Shown: positions 1 through 12,037 of the stretch, piece after piece
Numbering within the stretch: the first letter of the stretch is position 1
How the letters are laid out: the number at the start of each line of letters is the position of its first letter
Origin: a virus
IMG/VR virus record: IMGVR_UViG_3300045988_160394
Coordinates: 199,173 to 263,172 of that record
Length of the DNA stretch: 64,000 nucleotides
Strand: one strand, 5' to 3'
Position numbers and translations under genes: made by a program
Notes under the pieces: model-generated
Seen by the model: the letters and a program-made list of their open reading frames with translations, nothing else
What the model was told of the DNA's origin: nothing
Database searches by the model: none

Positions 1-2721
1 TTTAAATATACTATCTTTATTAAATGTCATTTCAAATGACACTCTCATACAATCATCTATAAATATTTCATTAGGTTTTAAAGGATTGTTTTTATCGTTC
101 TTACCTAATACTTCTTTTATGTTAGACCAGTCTTCATTATTTATAGATTCTAAATTTAACTTTAAGCTAAATTCCCATATAAGATGATATATATCATTAG
201 CATCTTTAGTTATTATTTCATTCATTGTTAAGTCTTTTAAATACTTAGGATTATTAAAGTCCCCTAATAAAGCATTTTGTAAAGGTAATATATAGTTCTT
301 AGTTACACTTGATAAAGCTTTGTCGTTTGTATCATAAATAAATATTCTAGACTTATCTGTATTACAAATATTCTCTTCTCTTGATCCATCTCCTACAAAT
401 AGAGGAGGATTCATCTTTATAAAATGCTTCTTCTTAACAGCATTACCTATTAAGTTTTCTATTGCTATATTAAACTTTTCATTCTTATAGTTCTCAACTG
501 AATCTAAAGCTAATGCTAATTCACTTAATGATTTAACGAATGTTTTAGCATCATCACTTAAATCTATTGAAGAAGTTGGTGTTAATAAGTTTTCATCTCT
601 ATCTTTTTTTATTTGAAGAGCATTCGCTAACCAGTTTTCATCTGGTATATAAAAACTTATTTCTCCTTTATTTACTTTAGGACCGCACTCATACCACCAT
701 GGACCAACAGTATTTTTATGAGTATAATATTGTAGATTATACTCATAGCTATTAAATTCCATAAGACTTAAGTTCGTTCCAGCTATTATAGATCTTTGAT
801 AGTAATATCTGAATATCTCCCAGTTAAAACTTTTTGCGAACATAGGAGGCATTTCTGCTAGTTTTTCATTATCTTCTTTACCTGTATCTTTATCTATAGG
901 TATATCTGGCATATAAACTTTATAGTTAAATTCTTTTAAAGTTAATATTACTTTTAATAGTCTAGGGAAACCTTCTACGTTTTGAATACTCATATTTGAT
1001 AAAGCAACAGCTTCTATTCCTAATACATCATTTATATAACCGTTCTCTATAGGCAAGAAAGGAGCTATTTTGAATTGGGCTATTAAACTTCTTAAGCCAT
1101 CCATTTTATATTCAAAAGATGTTCCATTAGGACTTGTATAAACATAGTCTATTCCATTTATACCAACGTCTTCGTAAAAGTATAATGTTAGTTCTAACAT
1201 TTGCTCATTATGTCCTTTATGTTTAGCTTGAGTACCTTTACTTCTCATATTAGGTATTCTTTCATAAGTACATTGAGTAATGTTTCTTATACTTTCTGGC
1301 GGTATAAGCATTAAAGTATCTCCTATGAATAATGCACAATTTCTAACTTTAGTAAAATCTATTCCTGTTAATTCTTTATGAAGTTTTAATCTATCTTCAT
1401 AAGATTTTTCTGATATCTTATTGAAACTATCTAACCATTCTATATTATTTCTATCATATGACCATAAATTAAATGAATCAGATATTCCTGAACCAATAGC
1501 TTGTAATTCTGGAGAGCTATTAAATTTAGGATTAGCTATAGTTGATTCTGTATTACATAAAACATATTTATTTAAGTTTATCCATTTACCTTCATATTTT
1601 ACATAAACAACTCCTAGAGATCTTTTATAGTTATCCATTCCATATGGTATATAATTATAATTTGTTATAGGAAGGTCTCCATAATACATATCCCATTCTT
1701 TAATCATAAAATCGACAGTATCTTTTAAATAATAAATGCTGTTAAAAGTTCTATCATCATTATCTGAATTAGTTTTACTTGCTTTAATTCCGTTTGCATT
1801 TAAAACTAGAACTATCTCTTCAGATTTTTCTAAAACTTTTCTAGCAGCTTCTTGAGCTTTATAAGCATCTTTAATAGTGTTAGAAGTAGATTCGTCTTTT
1901 TGCCCCATAACAATAAAGTACTTATATCCATCTTTTTTATTTATATATGGATTAGCACTCATTCTAGTTATTATTTCAGTGTATAAAGTTTTATCTCCAC
2001 TTTCTCCTACTTTTCATAAAGTTACTTTGTCGTCATTTTTTCTTTCTGTAACTTTACCACTTTTTCTATCGTAATTTAAGTTTTCATAAGTTATAAGAGT
2101 TTTACCATTAATCATCTCTTTCATTTTACCGAAGGTTGTTTCTGTTACTCTTTTATCATAGTCTTCTTCTCTGCATAGTTGTACTTCATAGTGAGGTATT
2201 TCCATAGAGTCTATACCTAATGCTCTGACTTGTATTGATTGTCCTCCACCCATCTTTTTAAAGAAGTCTCTAAAGTTATTGTACTTTACACTTTCAGAAC
2301 CATTAGTAAACATTATAGGTTGATTACCATCATTTATATCTTCTAATCTAAAAGACCATGTATCTCCGTCAAACTTATTTAAATCTCAAGTAGACCCATT
2401 TTTATCTATATCAGCTTTATTAGCTTTTAATACGAAAGCTCCTTCTTCTGAATAATGTCCTGGATTAGTAGAGAACGGTGCTTCTACATAAAAGTATGAA
2501 TCTAATATTTCTTTATCAGAATATTCACCATCTGTATTTTTATCTACGTATTGTTGATAAATTTCTGACATTAAATCTTCTTGCATCATTTCATCCATAT
2601 CAGGAGTTAAAAACTTTTTAGGATTTACAGTATTAAAGTCGCTTCTATTATTAGCCATACTAATATATTTTTCTTTATTCTCTTTTAGTTTTTTTAGTAT
2701 GTCTTTATTATCTTGACCCAT
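1..2721 (-). CDS. Large virion-associated protein, first 907 codons (continues beyond left edge); needs TGA=sense
   Basis: ATG 2719-2721 lies behind AAAGGAG. The frame stays open to position 1; I scanned every codon and found no TAA/TAG. The only breaks are in-frame TGA at 2386-2388 and 2014-2016. These join track ORFs 2386..2721 and 2014..2313 to an unlisted open frame 1..2013. Weak staphylococcal-nuclease-like motif QVRALGIDSMEIPH. Confidence 0.75.
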
Positions 2722-2769
2722 AGTAGTCTCCTTTCTATTTATAATAGGTGCAACTTAATGCACCTATCA

Positions 2770-5700
2770 TTAAAAATTCCTATTTATATAATTCTCGATA
2801 TCTCTATCTGTTACTGGCTGATCTTTTTTATTTTTTATATTCATGTTTATATTAACAGCTCCACCTACTGTAGCTTCTGCTGCTTTTGCCATGATCTTCT
2901 CCATATACTTTCTACCTTTTTTAGTATCCGCCTTTATATTTATTATATAACCTTGTTGAGTATTCCCTGTCACATAACCGCTATCTTTTTCCATGAATTC
3001 AGGAATGCTCATAATTTGTTGTGATTTATTTTCTTTGCTAACTTCACTAGCTTGTTTATCATTTAAAGGATTACCAGAAGCATAGCCTCCAATCATTAAT
3101 CCAGCTGCTAAACCTAATACTGCTTTACCCATTCCTCCTACTCTTACATTTTTAACTCCATCAGCTAAAGATTCTGTCATACTTTCAGATAAACGTTTTA
3201 TTTCTGCGTCATATTGTCCAGAGTTCATTAGTTTGTTTTTTGCAATATTACTTTCTTGTTGAGCCATGCTTCTTTGAGCTATTTCATCTAAAGCATTTTG
3301 TAAGAAAGCAGGATCTCCATATCCCATTAAAGCTTGGTGTCTAGTTGCAAAAGTACTAGCTTCTTCAGCAGCTGCTCCAATAGAACCATTATACCAAAGT
3401 TTTTCAGTTCTTGCTCCATTTCTTCCAGTAGCTTCTATAGATGCTTTATAAGATAATGCTAGTTTGTCATGAGACATTTCTTTCATTCTTCCTAAGAATT
3501 TTTGTTTCATTGCATTAGCTCCACTTATCATAGGGTCAGCTTGTTTTTCTATATTAGCTCTTTCTTCTTTGCTTAATATAAGATGTCCCATATGTTCATA
3601 TGATTTCTTAAATATATCATCACCATAATCATCTAACCAACTGCCTAATTCATTTAATGATTCTGTAGATGCTACTGTTCCTTTATTATTAAAAATATCA
3701 TTCATTGCTTTTTTGAAGTTTTTAATTCTATTATCATCATATACTCCACCAGCTAATTTTTTAGAAGAGATTACTCCTTGTTCAGCTGTATCTAAAGCAT
3801 TCCAAACATAGTTATTAAAAGCTATTTCTTCAGGAGAAGTATTTCTAAATACATCAGCTAACTTAACAGCATTTAAAGCTTGGTTAACTGAACCTGTTGC
3901 AGCTAGTCCTGTTTTAGCCATCATTTCTTGTGCATACTTATCTACAGACATTCTTTTAATAGCTGTAGCTTCTAATTTACTAAACGTATCATCATCAACA
4001 TTACCTTTTATAACAGTTAAAGCTTCGTCTAGTATTTTGCCAGGCTCTGATGCTTTATTTAAATCTATATCAAATTTTTCATCTTTAGTTATGTCTTTAG
4101 CCAAACTTAATAAATTAGTTGTATCTTCACTTAGCTTATTAAACTCTTTTACAGTAGGCATATGAGCAACAGTTGTAAAAGTCTTTTTACCTAGAATAGA
4201 TTCTCCGCCTGGAACTAAAACCATGTTATCTGGATTAGATAAGTTTTGATTTTTTATAAAATCTTCTTTAATAGTTTTAGCTGCTTTATCTTGCCAATAT
4301 TTATTATCTGTAACAGCAACACTATACATAGCTCTTTCTTGTGCAGCAAAATAATCATATACTTCACCTGACATTAAATTGTTTTCTATTGCATAGTTTC
4401 TACCACCATTTTTATTAGCTAATTCATATAAAGCTCCATCTACTACTTTCCCATCTTTATCTCTATATTCAATTCTGAATGAAGATAAAGAGTCACCGTC
4501 TTGGTCGGCATTAGCTTTTAACATTGTAGATACAGATATCTTAGTTTGATTACCTTGTAATCTTTTATCTAAGAATACTCTAGTTTGGTTTATAGAATTA
4601 TTCCTTGTATTTGGATAACGGTCAGTTATATCAAAAGTACCATATTCTAATAAGAAATCATCCATTTCACTTTCTGTTTTAAATCCAAACTTCTTTAATG
4701 TTTCTGGTTTATAATATCCCATCTTTTCCATCTGTTCTTTTGATACGTATTTATAATCAAAATAAGCTTCACCATTAGCTTCTCATTCAGCTATTGTTTT
4801 ACCCATTATTTTAGATTTTTTAGTAAGATCATCTCCAACAGTTACATCTATACCTGCCTCTTTAGCTGCCTCTACTAACTCTTTAGTCGTAGTATCAGTT
4901 ATTAATCCAGATGATTTAAGTCTATAAGCAGTTGCATTTATTTCTATTTTACTAGCATTATGATGCATACCATTCTTACCAAATATAGAATCTCTTATAC
5001 CTTCTATAGCTTCTGTTCTATTTCCTAAAACTCTTTGGAATAGTCTTTCATATTCATCATCTTGTTTCCCAGATAAAGATTCTAATTCTTCTATACTATG
5101 TTTAAGCTTATTTAATTTTTGATGTCCTACATCTCTAACTTCCTCATCTGCTATTTTCATACCAGTACCAGGGACAGCTAGATATCTATTCTCCTGACCA
5201 AACTTTTCACCTAAATCTACAACTATGTTTCTTTCTACTAAATCATCAACTTTAAAGTTAACATCTTTGATATCAATAACTTCAAAGCCTTTTTGTTTCA
5301 TATCTTCTAAACTTAAGTTATATCCTCTATTAAAGCTATTAGCTTTCATAGCCATTTGTATTTTATATTCTTTTTCTGCACCTTCTACACCTAATTTAAT
5401 CTTATATTTTTTAGCGTATTCATGAATGTCTTTTAAATGAGCGTATCTTTCTGTTTTAACCATATTATCTGTTAGTAGTTCATCAGTGTATGGATTAAAG
5501 AATTGATCATCTTTAAATTGGTCTAATAAACCTTTTAATGATTTCTCTCCTATAATATCTTTAGAAAAAGTAACAGTACCATCAGCATTTTCTGTTAAAT
5601 GATCTTTGAAGGCATGTGAGCTTAACAATGTTTTAGTATCTAGTTCTCCATTATTAATCATTTTTTCAATTTGTTCTGCATGAGCTTCTGTCAAGGATAC

Positions 5701-8700
5701 CCTTTCTAATATAGATAATTCTTGGTCTCCAAACCTCATAGTTTTCATAGTGCCAGCTTTAGAATCTATATCTTCTAACATAGAATCTATTTTCATTATT
5801 TGTTGTTGAATAGCACTTTTCTCACTAGGGTCGGTAGACTTAATCATTTGCTTTTCTAGTCCTATTCTTTCTTTTTTTAATTCTTTTTTTGTTTTTAACA
5901 TTTCAAAGTATTCTGCTGTTACACCTGTTTGTGTTTCTGCATCTCTAACATATTTTACGTTCTCTCTAGTATTAGTACCTATAGCAACTTTAGCATCTTT
6001 TATAAACTTACCATCAACAGTTATATCTTTTTGTATAGTAGCATATGAACCAATAGCTTCTTTTTTGTATTCATATTTACCATCTTTATTCATAATATAA
6101 ATATCTTTAGCTACTAATCTATCATTTTCATCCATATCTTCTAATTCTTCATCTAAAGATTTTATTAATGCTGTAAACTTATCTTTATCTAATGATGTAG
6201 TTTTATTAACAGAATAAAATTTATCATCTATAAAGAATCTACCTTTCTTTTGTTTAACGCCTATAGATTCATAGCTTTTAGTGTCTTTATTTAAATCATA
6301 TTGTTCTATAAATTGAAATGCTTTATTAGAATTTATTTTATCTACAATAAAATCTACAGCATCTTTCTCTGAACCATATTTCTTACCTAAGCTGTTAATA
6401 GCTTTAGATAATAATCCTTCATACATTTGTCCTATATTACCGTGCTTAGCTACGGCATCATTAGCTAATAAATGAGTTTTATTTTTTAGTATCTTATCGA
6501 ATAATAATGCAGAATGCATATTTCTTTCTACAGTTATAGCTTTCTTTAAATCATCTAAAGATTCAAAACCTATTTTCTTAAGTGTACTTTCAGATAAATC
6601 TTTGTTTTTAAAGAATATAGCATCTACAGTTTCATTAGTAATTACTTTGTCTTTTACTATGTCCCAAGAATCTGTTTCTTTAAAAAATTGTTTTATCTTA
6701 TTGTTGTATGATCCAGTAGAAGCATAAACTATATCTGTCATACCTTTTTCTGCACCAGATGTCATTGTTTTAACATACCCCATAGCAGATATATCTTCTA
6801 TAGCATATTGTCCAGTAATACCTTCTTTAGATAGTATCTTCTCTAACTTAGCAGCCATTTCTGCTTGAGTAAGAGGTTGATTGTTTTTATCTAAAAATTT
6901 AGATAAGTTCTTTCTTATTATTTTATTTATATCTTCGTCTCTTAATTTAGTTCCATCACTTTCATAGAAGTTAAAATTGAAAACTCCATAATGCATTTTA
7001 GAAGCAAAGTCTACATTTCTTTCAGCAAAGCCTTTCCATTTAACAGCTGATTCACCTCTGCTTACTAATTTACCAGGAGAAGAATTGAATACTAATTCTC
7101 CATTTTTAAATTCAAAATTACCTCTATAGTTTAGTAATGCTTCTTGTTGTTTCTTTAAATCATTTCCTACTAATTCATTTAATAAAGCACTAACGTCATA
7201 ATTTTTACTAAGCTTCTGAGTACTAGCTGTTCTTAATCCATAAGCAGCTTCATGCACTCTTGAATCTATAATTCTCTCTTGCTCAAAAGTAGATATTGAA
7301 TTTCTTATATAGTTATAAGCTTTTTTCTCTATATCTTTTGTTTTTTCATCTACATTAGAATCTTTCATTACCTTAGCAAAGTTATTATCTATTAAAACTT
7401 GTAAAGCGTTGCTACTAACATATGTTGTATCCATCATTACATCCGTAGTTGTTTTACCTAATCCAAAATAATTTCTCATAGTTCTTTTATCCATAATATC
7501 AGAACTTAAAGTATTACCAGCAGTAATTCCTAGTTTGGATTTCTTTATATCATCTACTCTTAATTGTAGAGCATTACCAGACTGAGTTATAGGTGGTCTT
7601 TGAGAATTATCAAAGATAGAGAATGTAGAGTTTCCTGGTCTATATCCTCTTATTCCTATAAGTGCAGATGTTTTATTTTCTTGACCAGTAAAACCTAATT
7701 CTTTAGTTAAAAAAGCAAATTCATTAGATACGTTTTTGTCTTCTTTAATTTTATCTAATACAAAGTTAATATTCTTAATCAAATCTCTAGTCATTTCTGG
7801 ATTAATATCTTCTAATGCTTTCTCTTCTTTTACATAATATTTAAGATGTTGTTTCATATTATCTAAGAATTCTTTATCAGCAAAATCTATTCCATCTACT
7901 ATATGATTTAATTTTTGATTTTCTCCAAACAAATCTACTAATACATTTTTTATATCTGATATATCTACTCCATAGTTTGAATCTATATCGTTACCTCCAA
8001 AACCATTTATGGTAGATCTACTTCTTAATGAAGCATTATTTAAAGATACTAATCCTACTAATCTATCAAAACCTTCATCTTGGCCTTTCTTCTCTACTAC
8101 TCTTTGTACGTTATTACTTATACTATATCTATTAAGATTATCTAAAGATGAAGCAGAACCTCCTTTTACTTTTCTACCGTCAGCTTTGAAAGTTAACTTA
8201 TTATTTACTTGTATTTTCATAGAACCTAATTCTAAATACATAGTCTCAGAAGGATCATTGTATTTTATTTTAGGCATAATTAATTCCTCTGATCTACCAT
8301 TTTTAAATAATAATAAAGAACCATCTTCTTGTACAGATATAGATGCTCCAAGTTTATCGGCAGTATGAACTACATCTTTTACATAAGTATTTAAATCTTT
8401 ATATAAGTTGTCATACAATATCTGTTTAGTCCTATCACCTTTTTTTATTACATTTCTATTAGGTATATAATACTTTTCAACTAAACTTTTAGCATATCTT
8501 TCAGCAGATTTCTTAGTACCATCTAGAACATTTATATTTGTTCTTTCAACTATATTATTTGCTATTTGTTGAATTATTGGTTTCATATTTTCACTATTTA
8601 AGTATCTAACAAATTCAGTATTACCTTCTAATGCTTTCATAAATGTTCTGCTACCATTTAATATTCCATTTGTAACATTAGACTCTTTAGCTTCTCTCAT

Positions 8701-11610
8701 TCCTTCAATTATAGCTTCTGCTATTTGATACGGATGATAATCTTTATCTTTAAAGCTATTTTTTGAACTAAACTTAAATTGTTTCTTTATATTTTTAAAA
8801 GCCTTTGTATCTTTTAAAACCTCATCTTCTTGTAACATAGCAAATAGTTTTTCAACTGCATCTTTTTCGTAAATTAAATTACCTTTTTTATCTTTACCAT
8901 GAACAGCCTCTGTAGCTGTTTTTATTATTGAGTAAGGGCTATTAACATCATTAAGATTAATCTTTAATATGTTTGCTGTATCTAATGATTTAGCAGTATC
9001 TATATAATTAATTCTTTTTCCTCTAATTATCTTATCGTATTTTATTTCATATAGATTTTTAAAAGTATTAAAATCTGTTTGTAAATTAACGTCGCCTAAT
9101 TTAATCATATCGGCAATATCATCATTACCGCCTCTAAATTTGTTATTAAATATTCATTCAGCAGTCGTTCCTTTTACTTCTTTAACTGTTCTATTAAATA
9201 ATTCTTGTTTAACACTTTCAGCCGTTTTAGGATCTTTAAATACTTCAGTAGCTTCTAAAGCTTCTATTATATTTTTAAACATATTACCATAGCTATTAAC
9301 CATTTCTAATCCTGTAGCATTATTATCAACAGTTGATTGTAATAATCTCATTACATCATTTTTACTATGTCCTAAAGTAGCTATAATCATTTCTTGTGAT
9401 TTTATTAATTGAGCATTACTAAGTTCCATAGCCATTTGCCCTTTAGAAACTCTTTCTGCCATGATAAGAGATATATCTCTACCTGTAATATCCATGTTCA
9501 ATTCTTTAGATAAGTTTTCTTGTAGATCAAGTACATTCTTTATTTTCTTATAAGAATTATCTCTAAACATAGAGTTGTCTGCTCTAGAAATTAATTTCTT
9601 TTCATTATCAGCTAATACAACTCTATTAAATAACTCAGTATCAGAAAGACCTTCTTCATTAACTGGTTTAAAGACAACTTTATTAGTTTCTTTATTTTTG
9701 TTAATTTCTCTAATATCAAATCTGTCTTTCATTCCTTTTTTGATTTGAATTCCATTATCTGTTCTTTCTGCAACAATATCAAAGTTACCGCTTAAAAAAG
9801 CATTCATCTCTTTTTCTGATTTAAATATTAGATTTTGTGTTAAATCTCCTAGTCTTGTTGTAGTTGCGTAATCATCATGTACTGCCATGTTTAATTGAAC
9901 TTGATAAAGTTTTTTACCAGAATATTCAGGGGCTATATCTCCCATCATTGTTCTCAATTCATCTGTTAGTTCTATTTCTCTTATATTAGATATATCGTAA
10001 AAAGAACCTTTATTAATTCCGAAACCTGCACTAAAGTTTTCATGCATAGCTCCACCAGCTGCTTGTAAGGCTTCATCTCCTTTACCTAGTAAATGATTAT
10101 CAGCTGTATATATAGTTCCTGTACTTTTACTTTGTGCAAAGTTGAAATAATTTCTTCCACCATAACTAGTACTAACTCCTTTTTTAGCTTGAAGTATTTG
10201 CTTACCAGGAGTTAATACTGTATCTTCTGTTTTTATATTTTCTATTAAATTGTTTATGTGCTCTATAACAGATACATTCCCTGGAAGACTTTCTGATTTC
10301 TTTGTAAAAAACCATGATAATCCAGTAACGTCATCTTCAGCCATATGAGGTTTTAGTCCTTCACTATTAAACAAACCTCCATAATGTTTTTGTAATAAGT
10401 ATTCCTGTCCTCTTACTTTATCTATATCTCCTATTTTTGCATTTCCATATACAGAAGATAATGAATTATAATCTGTTGCTAATTTAACTCCACCTAAAAC
10501 ATCTAGATCTGCATAAGATGGAATATTAAAGCCAACTCTTTTACTTTCGAAATAATTATTTAATTTTCCATTATAATCGTTATTCCATTTTAATAACATA
10601 TTATTTAAAATAAGTTCGTCAAACGCATTACTGTTAAAACCAGAAATCATTGCTTTTTTATTATTAACAGCTGTTTGAGCTTTACTTATAGTTTGTGTAA
10701 CTTTTAATATATCTGCTTTTATTCCATCAATTTCTCCTGTTTGATGATAAACATTATTTAAAACTTCTGCTCCTTTTTCTATAACTGAAATATCTTTATA
10801 GTTATTTCTATCTACATTAGGGAAATTAGTTGCTTTAAAATATTTTTCTCCTTTAACTTTTTCATATTTAAAATCTTTATCTGCATATTTAGCTAAACGC
10901 ATAGCTGTTACTTTTAATTCTTCGTCACTATCTATAGTTCCATTTTCTATAGCCTTTCTTATTTTATTTACAGTTTCTTCTTTTTCTTTATCTGACATTC
11001 CTATAAGTACACTTACATTATCTATTACCTTACCTGTTTTAACGTCATATTCTTGCATAGCAAATTCTGTAATAGCATTAGGTCTTCATATATTATTTTT
11101 ATCTTTTCCTCCAAGAGTTTCTAAGTCCCAAACAAAAAGACTTCCTCCATTACTTTTTAGAGAGTTAAAATATTTATAAGATTCTTTTCATGAATTGATA
11201 GATTCATTAGCAGAACCTCTTTGTTTACTATGAACAACATTACCTAAATTCTTTATTGTTAATCCTAACATATTCTCTGATGAATTAGATTTATCACCTA
11301 TTATTTCAAAGAAGTTTAATCCTTTATCTCCGATGTTGGTTAATTGTCTAAGCTTTTCTGTTATTACATCTATATCGCCAGTAGCAACTTTTTTATTTCA
11401 TGTATACTTATGCTTATTAATAAACATATGGTCAGAATCTTTTATTAAATACTTACCACTATGTAATAATTCTATTGTTCTATTTATTTCTTCTATAGCC
11501 GCATTTTCTTTATTTATATCTACTTTTTTTGAAGCTTCAATGTTACGTTGAGCTATACGGATTCTATCCATAGTAGTTCCAACTATATTAGTTGATTTAT
11601 TATTAGCCAT
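2770..11610 (-). CDS. Giant 2946-aa protein: N-terminal DEDDh (DnaQ-like) exonuclease motifs plus RNA polymerase beta-like and beta-prime-like (NADxDGD) motifs; candidate virion-packaged RNA polymerase
   Basis: Track ORFs 11398..11610, 9154..11058, 4783..9108 and 2770..4731 lie in one frame. They are separated only by TGA at 11398, 11188, 11086, 9154 and 4783; the gaps were scanned and hold no TAA/TAG. ATG 11608-11610 lies behind GAGGTGG; TAA at 2770. Motifs: LFVWDLETLGG, NSNAFDELIL, KPHMAEDDV (Exo I-III, ca 10320-11130); AKHGNIGQMYE (ca 6430-6447); DRYPNTRNNSI...KANADQDGDS (NADQDGD = 4492-4512). Confidence 0.75.
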
Positions 11611-11659
11611 TATTCCACCTCTTTAAATACACTTATTTCATTATTAATTATTATATTAT

Positions 11660-11693
11660 ATAAAAATAAGACCGCCTTGTATAAGACGATCTT
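11660..11693 (-). terminator. Rho-independent-type terminator between the small membrane-protein gene and the giant gene
   Basis: On the minus-strand RNA: AAGAUCGUCUU-AUAC-AAGGCGGUCUU (11-bp stem including two G-U pairs) followed by AUUUUUA. Confidence 0.5.
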
Positions 11694-11701
11694 AAAAATA
11701 A

Positions 11702-12016
11702 TTATAATACAATACCTAGTTTAATCAGGATACTGTTCATTCTATTAACTTCTTTTCTAAGTTCAGAATTTTCTTTTGTCAAAGTTTCTATCTTTTCTTC
11801 TAGAATCTTTGTTTGTTTAGCATATTCTTCTTTAACTTTTGAGTTTTCTATTGAAAGCTTTTCTATCATCAACATAAGTTGTTCGTTAGCTGTTAAAATA
11901 AGATCTTGCTTTTTATTATTTTTGTTAATTCATAAACCATACATAGTTCCGATTAAAGTTATTAATGCAACAATAATAGTAGCATCAATTGAATTTAAAC
12001 TAGTTAGAATATCCAT
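11702..12016 (-). CDS. 104-aa protein with N-terminal transmembrane segment and coiled-coil tail (holin/spanin-like architecture, function unknown)
   Basis: Absent from the ORF track because of an in-frame TGA at 11930-11932. ATG 12014-12016 lies behind AAGGGGTG; TAA at 11702. Sequence MDILTSLNSIDATIIVALITLIGTMYGL(TGA)INKNNKK, then heptad-like EKLSIENSKVKEEYAKQTKILEEKIETLTKENSELRKEV. Confidence 0.55.
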
Positions 12017-12037
12017 AAAAACACCCCTTAGTTAATA

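Noticed and set aside
11702-12016. Calling the small TM plus coiled-coil protein a holin or spanin and the neighbourhood a lysis cassette
   Set aside because: Only the architecture is suggestive. No endolysin-like gene is adjacent, and the gene lies between tail genes, so the function is left open.
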